A stretch of DNA of 63,197 nt, taken from contig VBFI01000043.1 in assembly GCA_005889275.1 (NCBI GenBank), positions 1 through 63,197 on the forward strand, read 5' to 3'. The notes under the pieces were generated by a model. The model saw only the letters and a list, made by a program, of their open reading frames with translations. It ran no database searches and was not told the DNA's origin. Shown piece by piece: positions 46,753 through 55,349 of the stretch (position 1 is the first letter of the stretch; each line of letters opens with the position of its first letter). This stretch comes from Chloroflexota bacterium (lineage in GTDB: Bacteria > Chloroflexota > Limnocylindria > P2-11E). The translations under genes and the position numbers were made by a program.

Positions 46753-48987
46753 GTGCTCGACGGGATTCGCGTCCTCGACCTCGGCGACGATTCCGGCGCG
46801 CACTGCGCGCGGATCCTCGCCGAGCTTGGGGCCGAGGTCAGGCGATCGCGCGACCCCACACGTGCCGCCTCGGCCGACGTCGTCGTCCAGACCGAGGATC
46901 GTCTCCACTACGACAGGCTCGCGACGGCGAACCCGCGCACGATCCTCGTCACCATCACGCCCTACGGCACGACGGGACCGCTCGCCGGCGTGCCCGCGTC
47001 GGATCTCGAGGTCACCGCGGCGAGCGGGTGCCTCTGGCTCGCGGGGGAGCCCGGCCGCACTCCCGTTCGGACCACCCTTCCGCAGTCGCCGTACTGGACC
47101 GGCATGTACGCGGCTCTCGGCGCGCTCGCCGCCCTGGCGGCGCGCGAGCGGAGCGGACGGGGGCAGCACGTCGACGTCTCGGCCCAGGCCGCCATGGCGA
47201 CCGTGCACCCACCGGCCATCGTGTTCTGGGAGACCTTGCGCGAGGAGCATCGCCGCCTCGGCCCCTATCTCATCGGACGGAGTGTCGTCGGCGCCAAGTT
47301 CCGCAACATCTGGCCCTGCGCTGACGGGTATCTCGCGTTCGCGATCCAGGGCGGTCCGATCGGCCGCCACACCGGTCGGATGCTCGCCGATTGGATGCGC
47401 GAGAAAGACGCCGTCGATCCGGTCATCGGCGCGATCGATTGGGAGCGATTCGACAATCGAACGCTCACGCAGGACGAGGTCGACCGCCTCGAGTCGGCCG
47501 TCGGAGCGTTTCTCGCCACGCTCACGAAGCGCGAGTTCTTCGCGGGGGTGATCGCGCGGAACATGCTCGGGTATCCGGTCGCCGACGTCCGCGACATCTT
47601 CGCCGACGAGCAGCTCGGCTCTCGCCGGTTCTGGCAGGAGGTCGTGCACGAGGGCCGCACCCTTCGCGTGCCGGGCGGGTTCGCCCTCTTCGACGGCGAG
47701 CGGCCACGCACGGCTCACCTGAAGCCAGACGCGGTGGCCGGCGAGGACTGGAGCGACGCGACGCGACCAAAGAGCGCGGAGCTCTTGGCGGAGGAAAGCC
47801 CCAACCGAGCGGTGTCGTCAGCCTTGAGCGGCCTCCGAGTCATCGAGTTCGGGTGGGCGGCGGCGGGACCGCTCGTCGGAAAATACCTGGCGAATCTCGG
47901 CGCCGAAGTGATCCACGTCGAAAGCGGCACCGTGCTCGATCCGTTTCGATCGACCTACCCGCCGTTCAAGGGCGAGCCCGCCCCCAACACGGCCGCGATG
48001 TTCGCGTTCTACGACGACGGCAAGAAGGGCGTCACCCTCAACCTGAAGCATCCCCGTGCGGCCGAGCTCGCGCTTCGGCTCATCGCCAAGGCGGACGTGG
48101 TGATCGAAAGCTTTCCCGCGGGGACGCTCGCCCGGCGCGGCCTCACGGTCGACGCGATGCGCGCGGCAAAGCGGGACCTCGTCATCCTCTCGAGCTGCAA
48201 CCAGGGACAGACCGGCCCGCACGCGCAGCATCCCGGGTACGGCAGCCAGCTCACCGCGCTCGCGGGCTTCAACGAGCTGCTCGGCGAGCGCGGTCGGACC
48301 CCGGTCATCCTGTACGGGCCGTACATCGACTACATCGCCGTCGGCTACGGCGTCATCGCCATCCTCGCGGCCCTCCAGCGGCGGCGCCGCGACGGCGACG
48401 GCTGCGTCATCGACCTCTCCCAGTACGAGGCCGGGTTGCAGTTCATGGCGCCGGCCCTCCTCGAGCACGCGCGCGATGGGTCCGTCCCCACACGGGACGG
48501 CAACCGGGACGCCGTCGCGCGTCCGCACGGCGTCTACCGGTGCGCGGGCGACGACCGCTGGGTCGCGCTCAGCATCTGGGACGAGGATGAGTTCGCGCGT
48601 CTCCGGTCGCTCGCGGGACACTTCGAATGGTCGCGCGCCGATCCCGACCTCGACGCCTGCATCGAGCAATGGACCGGCGTGCGGTCGCGCGAGGAGATCG
48701 TCGAGGCGCTTCGCGAGGAACGTCTGCGGGTCGCGCCCGTGGTCACCATCTCCGAGCTCGCCGCCGATCCCCAGCTCGCGGCGCGCAGGTTCTGGCGCCG
48801 CACGAGCCATCCCGTGCTCGGCGCACTGACCGTCATGGCGCCGCCGTTCATCCTTTCGCGAACCCCGGCCGTCCTGGAGCGCGCGGGGCCGACGCTCGGG
48901 GAACACAACGGCGAGGTGTGGCAGGGGCTTCTCGGCCTCGGCGACACCGAGTACCGTGCCCTCGCGTCGGAGGGGGTGTTCGACTGA
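46753..48987 (+). CDS. Fused tandem family III CoA-transferase (CaiB/BaiF/Frc type), two domains in one 744-aa chain
   Basis: Two repeats of the GxRVxxxG...LAxLGAEV Rossmann start (residues ~4 and ~360). Each is followed by a ...AALAAL/ILAAL helix and a C-terminal small domain. Confidence 0.8.
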   Translation: MLDGIRVLDLGDDSGAHCARILAELGAEVRRSRDPTRAASADVVVQTEDRLHYDRLATANPRTILVTITPYGTTGPLAGVPASDLEVTAASGCLWLAGEPGRTPVRTTLPQSPYWTGMYAALGALAALAARERSGRGQHVDVSAQAAMATVHPPAIVFWETLREEHRRLGPYLIGRSVVGAKFRNIWPCADGYLAFAIQGGPIGRHTGRMLADWMREKDAVDPVIGAIDWERFDNRTLTQDEVDRLESAVGAFLATLTKREFFAGVIARNMLGYPVADVRDIFADEQLGSRRFWQEVVHEGRTLRVPGGFALFDGERPRTAHLKPDAVAGEDWSDATRPKSAELLAEESPNRAVSSALSGLRVIEFGWAAAGPLVGKYLANLGAEVIHVESGTVLDPFRSTYPPFKGEPAPNTAAMFAFYDDGKKGVTLNLKHPRAAELALRLIAKADVVIESFPAGTLARRGLTVDAMRAAKRDLVILSSCNQGQTGPHAQHPGYGSQLTALAGFNELLGERGRTPVILYGPYIDYIAVGYGVIAILAALQRRRRDGDGCVIDLSQYEAGLQFMAPALLEHARDGSVPTRDGNRDAVARPHGVYRCAGDDRWVALSIWDEDEFARLRSLAGHFEWSRADPDLDACIEQWTGVRSREEIVEALREERLRVAPVVTISELAADPQLAARRFWRRTSHPVLGALTVMAPPFILSRTPAVLERAGPTLGEHNGEVWQGLLGLGDTEYRALASEGVFD

Positions 48988-50105
48988 GCGAAGCGGAGGA
49001 CATCGCGCGGCGGAAGGGGGAGCACCTGAAGCTCGCCGCCGAGGCGGACGTCGAGACGAGGACCCCGGCGGGATGGGACGACGTGCAGATCGTCCACGAC
49101 GCGCTGCCGGATCTTGACGCGACGGACGTCGACCTCGGTACCAGCTTCCTCGGGCGGAAGCTCGCGTTGCCGCTCGTCATCTCGGGCATGACCGGTGGGC
49201 ACGGGCGCGCGCTCGCCGTGAACGAGCTCCTCGCGCGGGTCGCCGAGAAGCACGGCATCGCGATGGGCGTCGGGAGCCAGCGCGCGGCGATCCGGGACCC
49301 GCTGCTCGCGCCGACCTACTCGGTCGTCCGAGAGGCGGCACCACACGCCTTCGTGATCGCGAACGTCGGGATCTCGCAGCTCGTGAAGCAGGACCGCGAG
49401 GCGGCACTCGGAGCGCGCGACATCGCCCAGATCGTCTCCATGGTCCGCGCCGACGCGCTCGCGGTACACCTCAACTACCTCGAAGAGTCGGTGCAGCCCG
49501 AGGGGCAGACGCGGGCGCGGGGCGCGCTTGCCGCGATCGCGGCGCTCGCGCGCCGATCGCGCGTGCCGATCATCGCGAAGGAGACCGGGGCCGGGATCAC
49601 GCGCGAGGTGGCCCTGCGCCTGCGGCGTGCGGGTGTGAAAGCGATCGACGTCGGCGGGGTCGGCGGGACCTCGTTCGCCGCGATCGAAGCGCTGCGGGCC
49701 GCGGCGCAGTCCGAGACCGCGCGCATGACTCTCGGCAACCGGTTCCGCGACTGGGGTGTGCCGACGGCGGTCGCCGTCGCCGGCGTCGCGACCGTCGGAC
49801 TGCCGGTGATCGCGACCGGCGGTGTTCGGAGCGGCCTCGACGCGGCGAAGGCGCTCGCGCTCGGAGCGACGCTTGTCGGGGTCGGCCGGCCGCTGCTCCA
49901 GGCCGCGCTCCGCGGCGAGGAGGCGGTCGACCAATGGATCGCCGAGTTCGAGCTCGAGCTCCGGACGGCGGTATTTCTGTCAGGAGCCCGGCGCGTGGGA
50001 GAGCTTCGCCGCGCCGCGATCGTGATCACCGGAGCGTCGAAGCAATGGATCGACCAGCTCGGCTATCGGCGAGTCGGCGTTCGCGCTTCCCCGACCCGCC
50101 GCTGA
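48984..50105 (+). CDS. fni: Type 2 (FMN-dependent) isopentenyl-diphosphate delta-isomerase; probable CTG start
   Basis: RKGEHL near the N-terminus, SGMTGG, GVGSQRA, IAKETGAG, VGGVGGTSFAAIE, ATGGVRSGLDAAKALALGA. GGAGGGGG SD 7 nt upstream of CTG 48984, which overlaps the upstream TGA. Confidence 0.8.
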   Translation: MSEAEDIARRKGEHLKLAAEADVETRTPAGWDDVQIVHDALPDLDATDVDLGTSFLGRKLALPLVISGMTGGHGRALAVNELLARVAEKHGIAMGVGSQRAAIRDPLLAPTYSVVREAAPHAFVIANVGISQLVKQDREAALGARDIAQIVSMVRADALAVHLNYLEESVQPEGQTRARGALAAIAALARRSRVPIIAKETGAGITREVALRLRRAGVKAIDVGGVGGTSFAAIEALRAAAQSETARMTLGNRFRDWGVPTAVAVAGVATVGLPVIATGGVRSGLDAAKALALGATLVGVGRPLLQAALRGEEAVDQWIAEFELELRTAVFLSGARRVGELRRAAIVITGASKQWIDQLGYRRVGVRASPTRR

Positions 50106-50178
50106 ATCGTCCCCCGGTCGTTCGTCCCCCGGTCCAGTGACCGTTAGGTGAGGCTGATGGTGCAACCTAATCCCGATC

Positions 50179-51435
50179 TTGCGGAGACGTGCTGTCTACA
50201 CGACGCTGCTGGCGATCGGGCTCATGGTCCTGCCCTCCCACGCGGCCAGCGCGGATGACGATCGCCCGACCCCGACGCCGAAGCCCACCCCGACGCCCGG
50301 TCCCGGGCTGACCACCGCGCAGACACCCGCGCCGATCCCCACGCCGGCACCGCGCTCCTCCGCGACGGCGGCCCCCACGCCGACGGCCACGGCGTCGCCC
50401 TCGCCGACCGGCGATCCGGCGAGCTCCGATCCGGCGGAGGCACGCGCACGCGACGCGGCGCTCCTCGCGAACGCGCGGACGCTCGCTCAGGTCATCGACG
50501 CGCAGGCCCGTGTGGCACAGGACGAGCTCGTCGCGCTCGGCCACGAGGTGACCCAGGTGTCCTCGGACCTCGACGGGGTGAACGCGGACATCGCCGATCT
50601 CGCGGCGCGCTCAGCCGAGCGCCGCGCCCTGCAGGATCGGCTCGCGCGTGATGCCTTCCGGCTGAACGCACGCTCGCCGAGCCCGGCGCCTGCCGCGATC
50701 AGCCAGGCGCAGAGCGAGGCCCTGGACGATCTGCGCGCGCTCGAGGCGGGGCTGGGCTCCGCGCAGGCGCGACTCGAGGATCGGGCGACGACGCTCGCCC
50801 GGCTCACCGAGTCGGTCGGTGCGAAGCAGGGACAGCTGGCGCGTCTTCGCGATCGCGCGCGCGTGCTCGCCGCCGCAGCGGCGAACGGCGACGGCGACGC
50901 ACGCGCCGCGCAGGTCGCCGTGCTCCGCGCGCTCGCTCAGGACGCCGCGGCCGCGCAGACGTCCCTCGCGCAGCTCGTCGCGTCGGCGATGACGAGCGAC
51001 GGCTTGTCGACGACGTCGTGGTCCTTGCCGATGCGCGGGCCGATCACCCAGCCGTTCGGTCCGAGCGCGCTCGAGCTCGAGCCGGCCCGGATCTATCGGG
51101 GAACCTTCTACGAGCACTTCCACGACGCGATCGACATCGCGGCGTCGCTGGGCACGCCGGTCATGGCTGCCGCGGATGGCCAGGTCACGTTCGTCGGTCA
51201 CCTGCCTGACGGCGCGATGATCGTCCTCGTCGCGCATGCCGGCGGCTTCGTGACGGAGTACGCGCACCTTGACGACACCTTCGTCCTGCCGCCCGTCCGC
51301 GCGGGGCAGAACGTGAAGGCCGGCCAGGTCATCGGATTCGTCGGGCTTACCGGCATCACCACCGGCCCGCACGTGCACTTCGCGGTGCTGCGAAGTGGCG
51401 AGCCGGTGGACCCACTGTCGCTCATCGGCCGGTAG
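50179..51435 (+). CDS. M23-family metallopeptidase with N-terminal signal, Pro/Thr-rich linker and coiled-coil (EnvC-like)
   Basis: HDAIDI...GFVGLTGITTGPHVHF M23 zinc motifs. TTG start. Confidence 0.8.
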   Translation: MRRRAVYTTLLAIGLMVLPSHAASADDDRPTPTPKPTPTPGPGLTTAQTPAPIPTPAPRSSATAAPTPTATASPSPTGDPASSDPAEARARDAALLANARTLAQVIDAQARVAQDELVALGHEVTQVSSDLDGVNADIADLAARSAERRALQDRLARDAFRLNARSPSPAPAAISQAQSEALDDLRALEAGLGSAQARLEDRATTLARLTESVGAKQGQLARLRDRARVLAAAAANGDGDARAAQVAVLRALAQDAAAAQTSLAQLVASAMTSDGLSTTSWSLPMRGPITQPFGPSALELEPARIYRGTFYEHFHDAIDIAASLGTPVMAAADGQVTFVGHLPDGAMIVLVAHAGGFVTEYAHLDDTFVLPPVRAGQNVKAGQVIGFVGLTGITTGPHVHFAVLRSGEPVDPLSLIGR

Positions 51436-51982
51436 CGGCCGGTCGGCTCAGCTCGAGCACGCCGAGCGCGAGCGCCGCGGCCGATGAGAGCTGCGCGATC
51501 TCGCCCGCACGCAGCCGCCCGGCGATCTCGGCGAGGGGCACGAGCAGGATCTCCATCTCCTCGAGGTCACCCGACGCGGGCTCGGCGACGCGTCGTGCGC
51601 CGCGACCCAGGAACACGTGCTCCGTGGCCACACCGTAGTTGCCATCGACCACGAATCGTCCGAGCGCGGACCATTCGCCCGCTTCGTATCCGGTCTCCTC
51701 GCGCAGCTCGCGCCTCGCCGCGGCGAGCTGGTCCTCGCCGCCCTCGACGTAGCCCGCGGGCACGGCGAGCGAGATCGTGCGCGGTCCGTGCTTGTACGAG
51801 CGGATCAGGACAAACTCGTCCTGTTCGGTCACCGCGACGATCGCGACGAAGTCGCGCGTTCGTACCGACAGGAACCCGTCGATCTCCCGCCCGTCCGGAA
51901 GGGCGACGCGCTCCTCGGCGACCTCCATCCACGGCGGCCGTGACAGAAGCGTCCGGCGAGCAAGCGTGCGCCACGGTCGCAT
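51422..51982 (-). CDS. Nudix hydrolase (ADP-ribose pyrophosphatase-like)
   Basis: Nudix box GGEDQLAAARRELREETGYEA. ATG 51982 overlaps the upstream TGA (TGATG). Confidence 0.8.
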   Translation of the reverse strand: MRPWRTLARRTLLSRPPWMEVAEERVALPDGREIDGFLSVRTRDFVAIVAVTEQDEFVLIRSYKHGPRTISLAVPAGYVEGGEDQLAAARRELREETGYEAGEWSALGRFVVDGNYGVATEHVFLGRGARRVAEPASGDLEEMEILLVPLAEIAGRLRAGEIAQLSSAAALALGVLELSRPAATGR

Positions 51983-53106
51983 CAGCGAAGGGCGTACTTC
52001 TCGAGTTTCTTTCGGTCGAGTGACAGCCCGAGCCCGGGCCGTTCGGGAAGCGCGAGCTCGCCGTTTACCGGTTGTGGAAGGGGCGTCGTGAAGATCTCGG
52101 CGAGCGGGTTGGCGATCCACATCCACTCCAGGCGCGCCAGCGACGGGGTGGCGGCCGCGAGATGTAACGACGCGAGCTGCGCGACGCCACACGAAAAGCC
52201 GGTGTGCGGCGCGACCTTCACGTTATGGGTTTGAGCGAGGGCGCCGAGGCGCATCGCGGCGGTGAAGCCACCGATGCGCGCGATCTCCGGCTGGACGTAA
52301 TCGAGGGCCCGTCGCTTGAGGAGCTCGCGGAAACCGAAGAGCCCGAACTCGGATTCGCCCGCGGCCACGGGGATGGGCTGCGAGCGCCGGACGAGCTCGT
52401 AGCCGTCGATGTCGTCGGGAAAGACCGGCTCCTCGATGAACCAAAGGTCGAACTTCGCGACTCGGTGACACACGCGCACCGCGGTCGCCGCGTCGTAGGC
52501 GGAGTTCACGTCCGCGCCCATCGCGATCTCCGGGCCGATCGCCTCCCGGATCACGCGACAGACCTCGACGTCGGCGTTCGGTCCGCCCCACTCGGCCGAT
52601 CTCCCGAGCTGGATCTTGATCGCGTGATGCCCGCGCGCGACGGCGGCCCTCGCTTCCTCCGCCATCGCGCGTGGCTCGGCCGTGTACACCTTCGAGCCGT
52701 ACACCGGGACGCGCTCGCGCGCCGCGCCGCCGAGCGCTCTGTAGAGCGGAACGCGCTGCGCCTGCGCGACGATGTCCCAGAGGGCCTGGTCGATGCCGCT
52801 CATGCCCTCCTGGACGAAGCCGCGGTAATGGCCCCAGGGACGGAGCGTCGCGAACATCGCGTCGTGGAGACCTTGGACGTCGCGCGCGTCCTTGCCCTCG
52901 ACCACCGGCCAGAGGAGGTCGCGCACCACGGTCTCGACGACCCGGGGCGCGCGCCGCGCGATGCACTCGCCGACGCCGGTGATGCCGTCGTCCGTCGTGA
53001 TCTCGACGAGGGTCGCGGTGAAGGTGTCGTACGCGCCTGCGCCGAAATGGATCGTCTTCTCGGCCTTGGCCGAGAGCGCCCAGGTATCGAGCTTGACGAT
53101 CTTCAG
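51982..53106 (-). CDS. Enolase-superfamily enzyme (mandelate racemase / muconate lactonizing enzyme family); probable CTG start
   Basis: Barrel-domain metal ligands (DVNSAY, FIEEP, AAGESE). The capping domain (KIVKLDTWAL...LVEITTDDGITGVGEC) is encoded upstream of the first canonical start, in the same open frame. Confidence 0.75.
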   Translation of the reverse strand: MKIVKLDTWALSAKAEKTIHFGAGAYDTFTATLVEITTDDGITGVGECIARRAPRVVETVVRDLLWPVVEGKDARDVQGLHDAMFATLRPWGHYRGFVQEGMSGIDQALWDIVAQAQRVPLYRALGGAARERVPVYGSKVYTAEPRAMAEEARAAVARGHHAIKIQLGRSAEWGGPNADVEVCRVIREAIGPEIAMGADVNSAYDAATAVRVCHRVAKFDLWFIEEPVFPDDIDGYELVRRSQPIPVAAGESEFGLFGFRELLKRRALDYVQPEIARIGGFTAAMRLGALAQTHNVKVAPHTGFSCGVAQLASLHLAAATPSLARLEWMWIANPLAEIFTTPLPQPVNGELALPERPGLGLSLDRKKLEKYALR

Positions 53107-53165
53107 GCTTGCTTACCCCCTCAGAGGGCGACAGGCTAGCCGAGTTGGCCCACCATGTCCGCGAT

Positions 53166-55232
53166 ATGACCGCGGATCAGCGGGCGCGCTCCTCGTACGA
53201 GCGCCGCGTCCGAGTGGCGTCGGAGATCGCGAGCTGGGGTATCGGAGCGGCCCTCCTCGGGACGGCGGCGCTGCCCACGACCGATCCGGCGTCGCGGATC
53301 GGCCTGCTCGCGAGCTCGGCGCTCCTCTTTCTCTTCGCGACCCTCTGGTTCCACGTGTTCCCGGACAACTGGCTGGGACACAGCCGGTTCGCGGTCGGCA
53401 CCGCCACGACGCAGATCATCGCGGCGATCCTCCTCGTCCTGACCGGCGGCATCGACTCCCGGTACTTCCCGTTCTACGTGCTGCCGGTCCTCGCGACGGT
53501 CTTCGGGATGCGGATCTCGGGAACGCTCTTCACCGGCACGATCGCCGTCGTCGGCTTCATCGCGACGATGGCCGGGGAGATCTTCCTCGCTCGCGAGCCG
53601 GCGATGCTCGACCTCGGCGTCATCCGCTTCTTCGCGCTCGTCTCCGTCATCGCGATCGCCGCGCTCATCTCGCGTACGACTCAGGAGACGCGCTCGCTGC
53701 TGCGGCAGCGGACCGACGAGCTCGCGGAACAGAACGTCGAGCTGGAGGTCGCTCGCAACACCGCGCTCGCGCTCGCGCGCGTGCGCGAGCTTCACGAGCT
53801 CGTCCGGGTGGTCTACGAGGCGGCGAAGAACTCGCTCGCCATCGACCGTCTCTATCTCTTCGCGTCGCAGCCCGACTTCACCGACGGCTACACGATCGGG
53901 CCGACCGGGACGATGGAAGAATTCCACGCCGATCCGGCCCTCCCCGAGGACGCGCCCCGCCGGCGCGCGGTCCGCGAAAAGCGGACCGTCGCGGTGAACG
54001 ACGCCCGTGACGAAGGCGGAGGCGTCCGCGTCCCCACGCACCATCATTTCGCGGCAGGCCTGTTCGTTCCGCTCATCCAACGGAGCGAGGTGATCGGATT
54101 GATGGCCGTCTCGAGCCACGAGGCGCGTCAGTGGACGGCCCACGAGATCCGCCTCGCCGAGGTCATCGGCGACGCCTCCGCGGCGGCGGTCGCGTCATTT
54201 CTCGCGCTCGAGGAAGTCCGCGCGCAGAGCGAGCGGCTCGAGCGGCGGATGAAAGTCCTCGAGAGCATGGACAACCTCGTGGACTCGCTCGGCCTCGCGA
54301 CCGATGAGCCATCGCTCGCGCAGACCGCCGCCCGGAGCATCCAGCAGGGCTTCCACCTGCCGGCGGCGACCGTCCTGTTCACCGACCCGTCCGTCGCGAT
54401 CCTCGAGCCGGTCGGAACGGCGGGCAAGGCCACGGCCCATCCGGTGGTGAACGGACCCACGAGCTGCCCGGCGATCCGGAGCGGGCGCTTCTTCGAGGTG
54501 AAATCGGCGGAGGACCCGGTGGTGTGCCCGTTCATGCCGTTCCGTTCGCACTACTCCTGCCTGCCGCTCGTGGCCGGCGGCGATTCTGTCGGCGCGCTCT
54601 TTCTGGAGCCCGACGAGGAATCGCTCCTCGACATCGCGGTCCTGCGCGCGGCCGCCGACCGCGTGGCTCTCAGCCTCGCCACGCGGCGCGTGCTCGAGAC
54701 CGCGCAGCGCCAGGCGACGACGGACGGTCTCACCGGGCTCCACAATCGGCACTTCCTCGCCGAGCAGATCCGGCTGATGCACTCGCTCGCGGCGCGCCAT
54801 GGCCAGCCGTACAGCGTCGTCGCGATCGACGTCGACGGCCTGAAGAGGGTGAACGACACCTACGGCCACGAGCAGGGGGATCTCGCCCTCCGCGGCCTGG
54901 CGAACACGCTTCGCCGCACGGTGCGCTCCTCCGACGTCGGGGTCCGCACGGGCGGCGACGAGTTCCTCGTGCTCATGCCGCAATCGACCCTGGACGAAGC
55001 CCGGATCGCCGCCGAGCGGGTCCGCGAGGCGGTCGATGTGCAGGGCCGCGCGGACCCGCGGATCGCGATCACCGTCAGCGCGGGCGTCGCCAGCTGGCGG
55101 CCCGGCCGGAGCGCCGAGCAGGTCCTCGAGGCCGCCGACCTGATGCTGTACGCGGCCAAGCGAGCCGGGAAAGACCGGGTCATGGCCGAGGTTTCCCTCG
55201 CGGCGGCTGGAGGCGACCCGGCCGCGACTTGA
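53166..55232 (+). CDS. Membrane-anchored GAF-GAF-GGDEF diguanylate cyclase
   Basis: About 5-6 N-terminal TM helices. C-terminal DGLTGLHNRH...RTGGDEFLVL with an RSSD I-site 5 residues upstream. Confidence 0.8.
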   Translation: MTADQRARSSYERRVRVASEIASWGIGAALLGTAALPTTDPASRIGLLASSALLFLFATLWFHVFPDNWLGHSRFAVGTATTQIIAAILLVLTGGIDSRYFPFYVLPVLATVFGMRISGTLFTGTIAVVGFIATMAGEIFLAREPAMLDLGVIRFFALVSVIAIAALISRTTQETRSLLRQRTDELAEQNVELEVARNTALALARVRELHELVRVVYEAAKNSLAIDRLYLFASQPDFTDGYTIGPTGTMEEFHADPALPEDAPRRRAVREKRTVAVNDARDEGGGVRVPTHHHFAAGLFVPLIQRSEVIGLMAVSSHEARQWTAHEIRLAEVIGDASAAAVASFLALEEVRAQSERLERRMKVLESMDNLVDSLGLATDEPSLAQTAARSIQQGFHLPAATVLFTDPSVAILEPVGTAGKATAHPVVNGPTSCPAIRSGRFFEVKSAEDPVVCPFMPFRSHYSCLPLVAGGDSVGALFLEPDEESLLDIAVLRAAADRVALSLATRRVLETAQRQATTDGLTGLHNRHFLAEQIRLMHSLAARHGQPYSVVAIDVDGLKRVNDTYGHEQGDLALRGLANTLRRTVRSSDVGVRTGGDEFLVLMPQSTLDEARIAAERVREAVDVQGRADPRIAITVSAGVASWRPGRSAEQVLEAADLMLYAAKRAGKDRVMAEVSLAAAGGDPAAT

Positions 55233-55257
55233 CGGCTCTCGGGGCCTCTCGTAGAGT
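55229..55257 (+). promoter_or_regulatory. groESL promoter: TTGACG-N17-TAGAGT
   Basis: Near-consensus -35 and -10 with 17-nt spacing, immediately upstream of CIRCE. Confidence 0.7.
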
Positions 55258-55258
55258 C

Positions 55259-55285
55259 TTAGCAGTCAAGCCTGGCGAGTGCTAA
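55259..55285. promoter_or_regulatory. CIRCE element (HrcA operator): TTAGCAGTC-N9-GAGTGCTAA
   Basis: 17 of 18 matches to the consensus TTAGCACTC-N9-GAGTGCTAA, upstream of groES. Confidence 0.9.
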
Positions 55286-55349
55286 TCCAGTTCTGACGCC
55301 CTGCGGCGGGCACGCCGCGCCCGAAATCAACCAAGGAGGGGAGAACCCA

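Noticed and set aside
15890-50105. The island as a recently acquired mobile or genomic island
   Set aside because: There is no integrase, transposase, flanking tRNA or direct repeats. Composition and codon style are indistinguishable from the flanking housekeeping genes.
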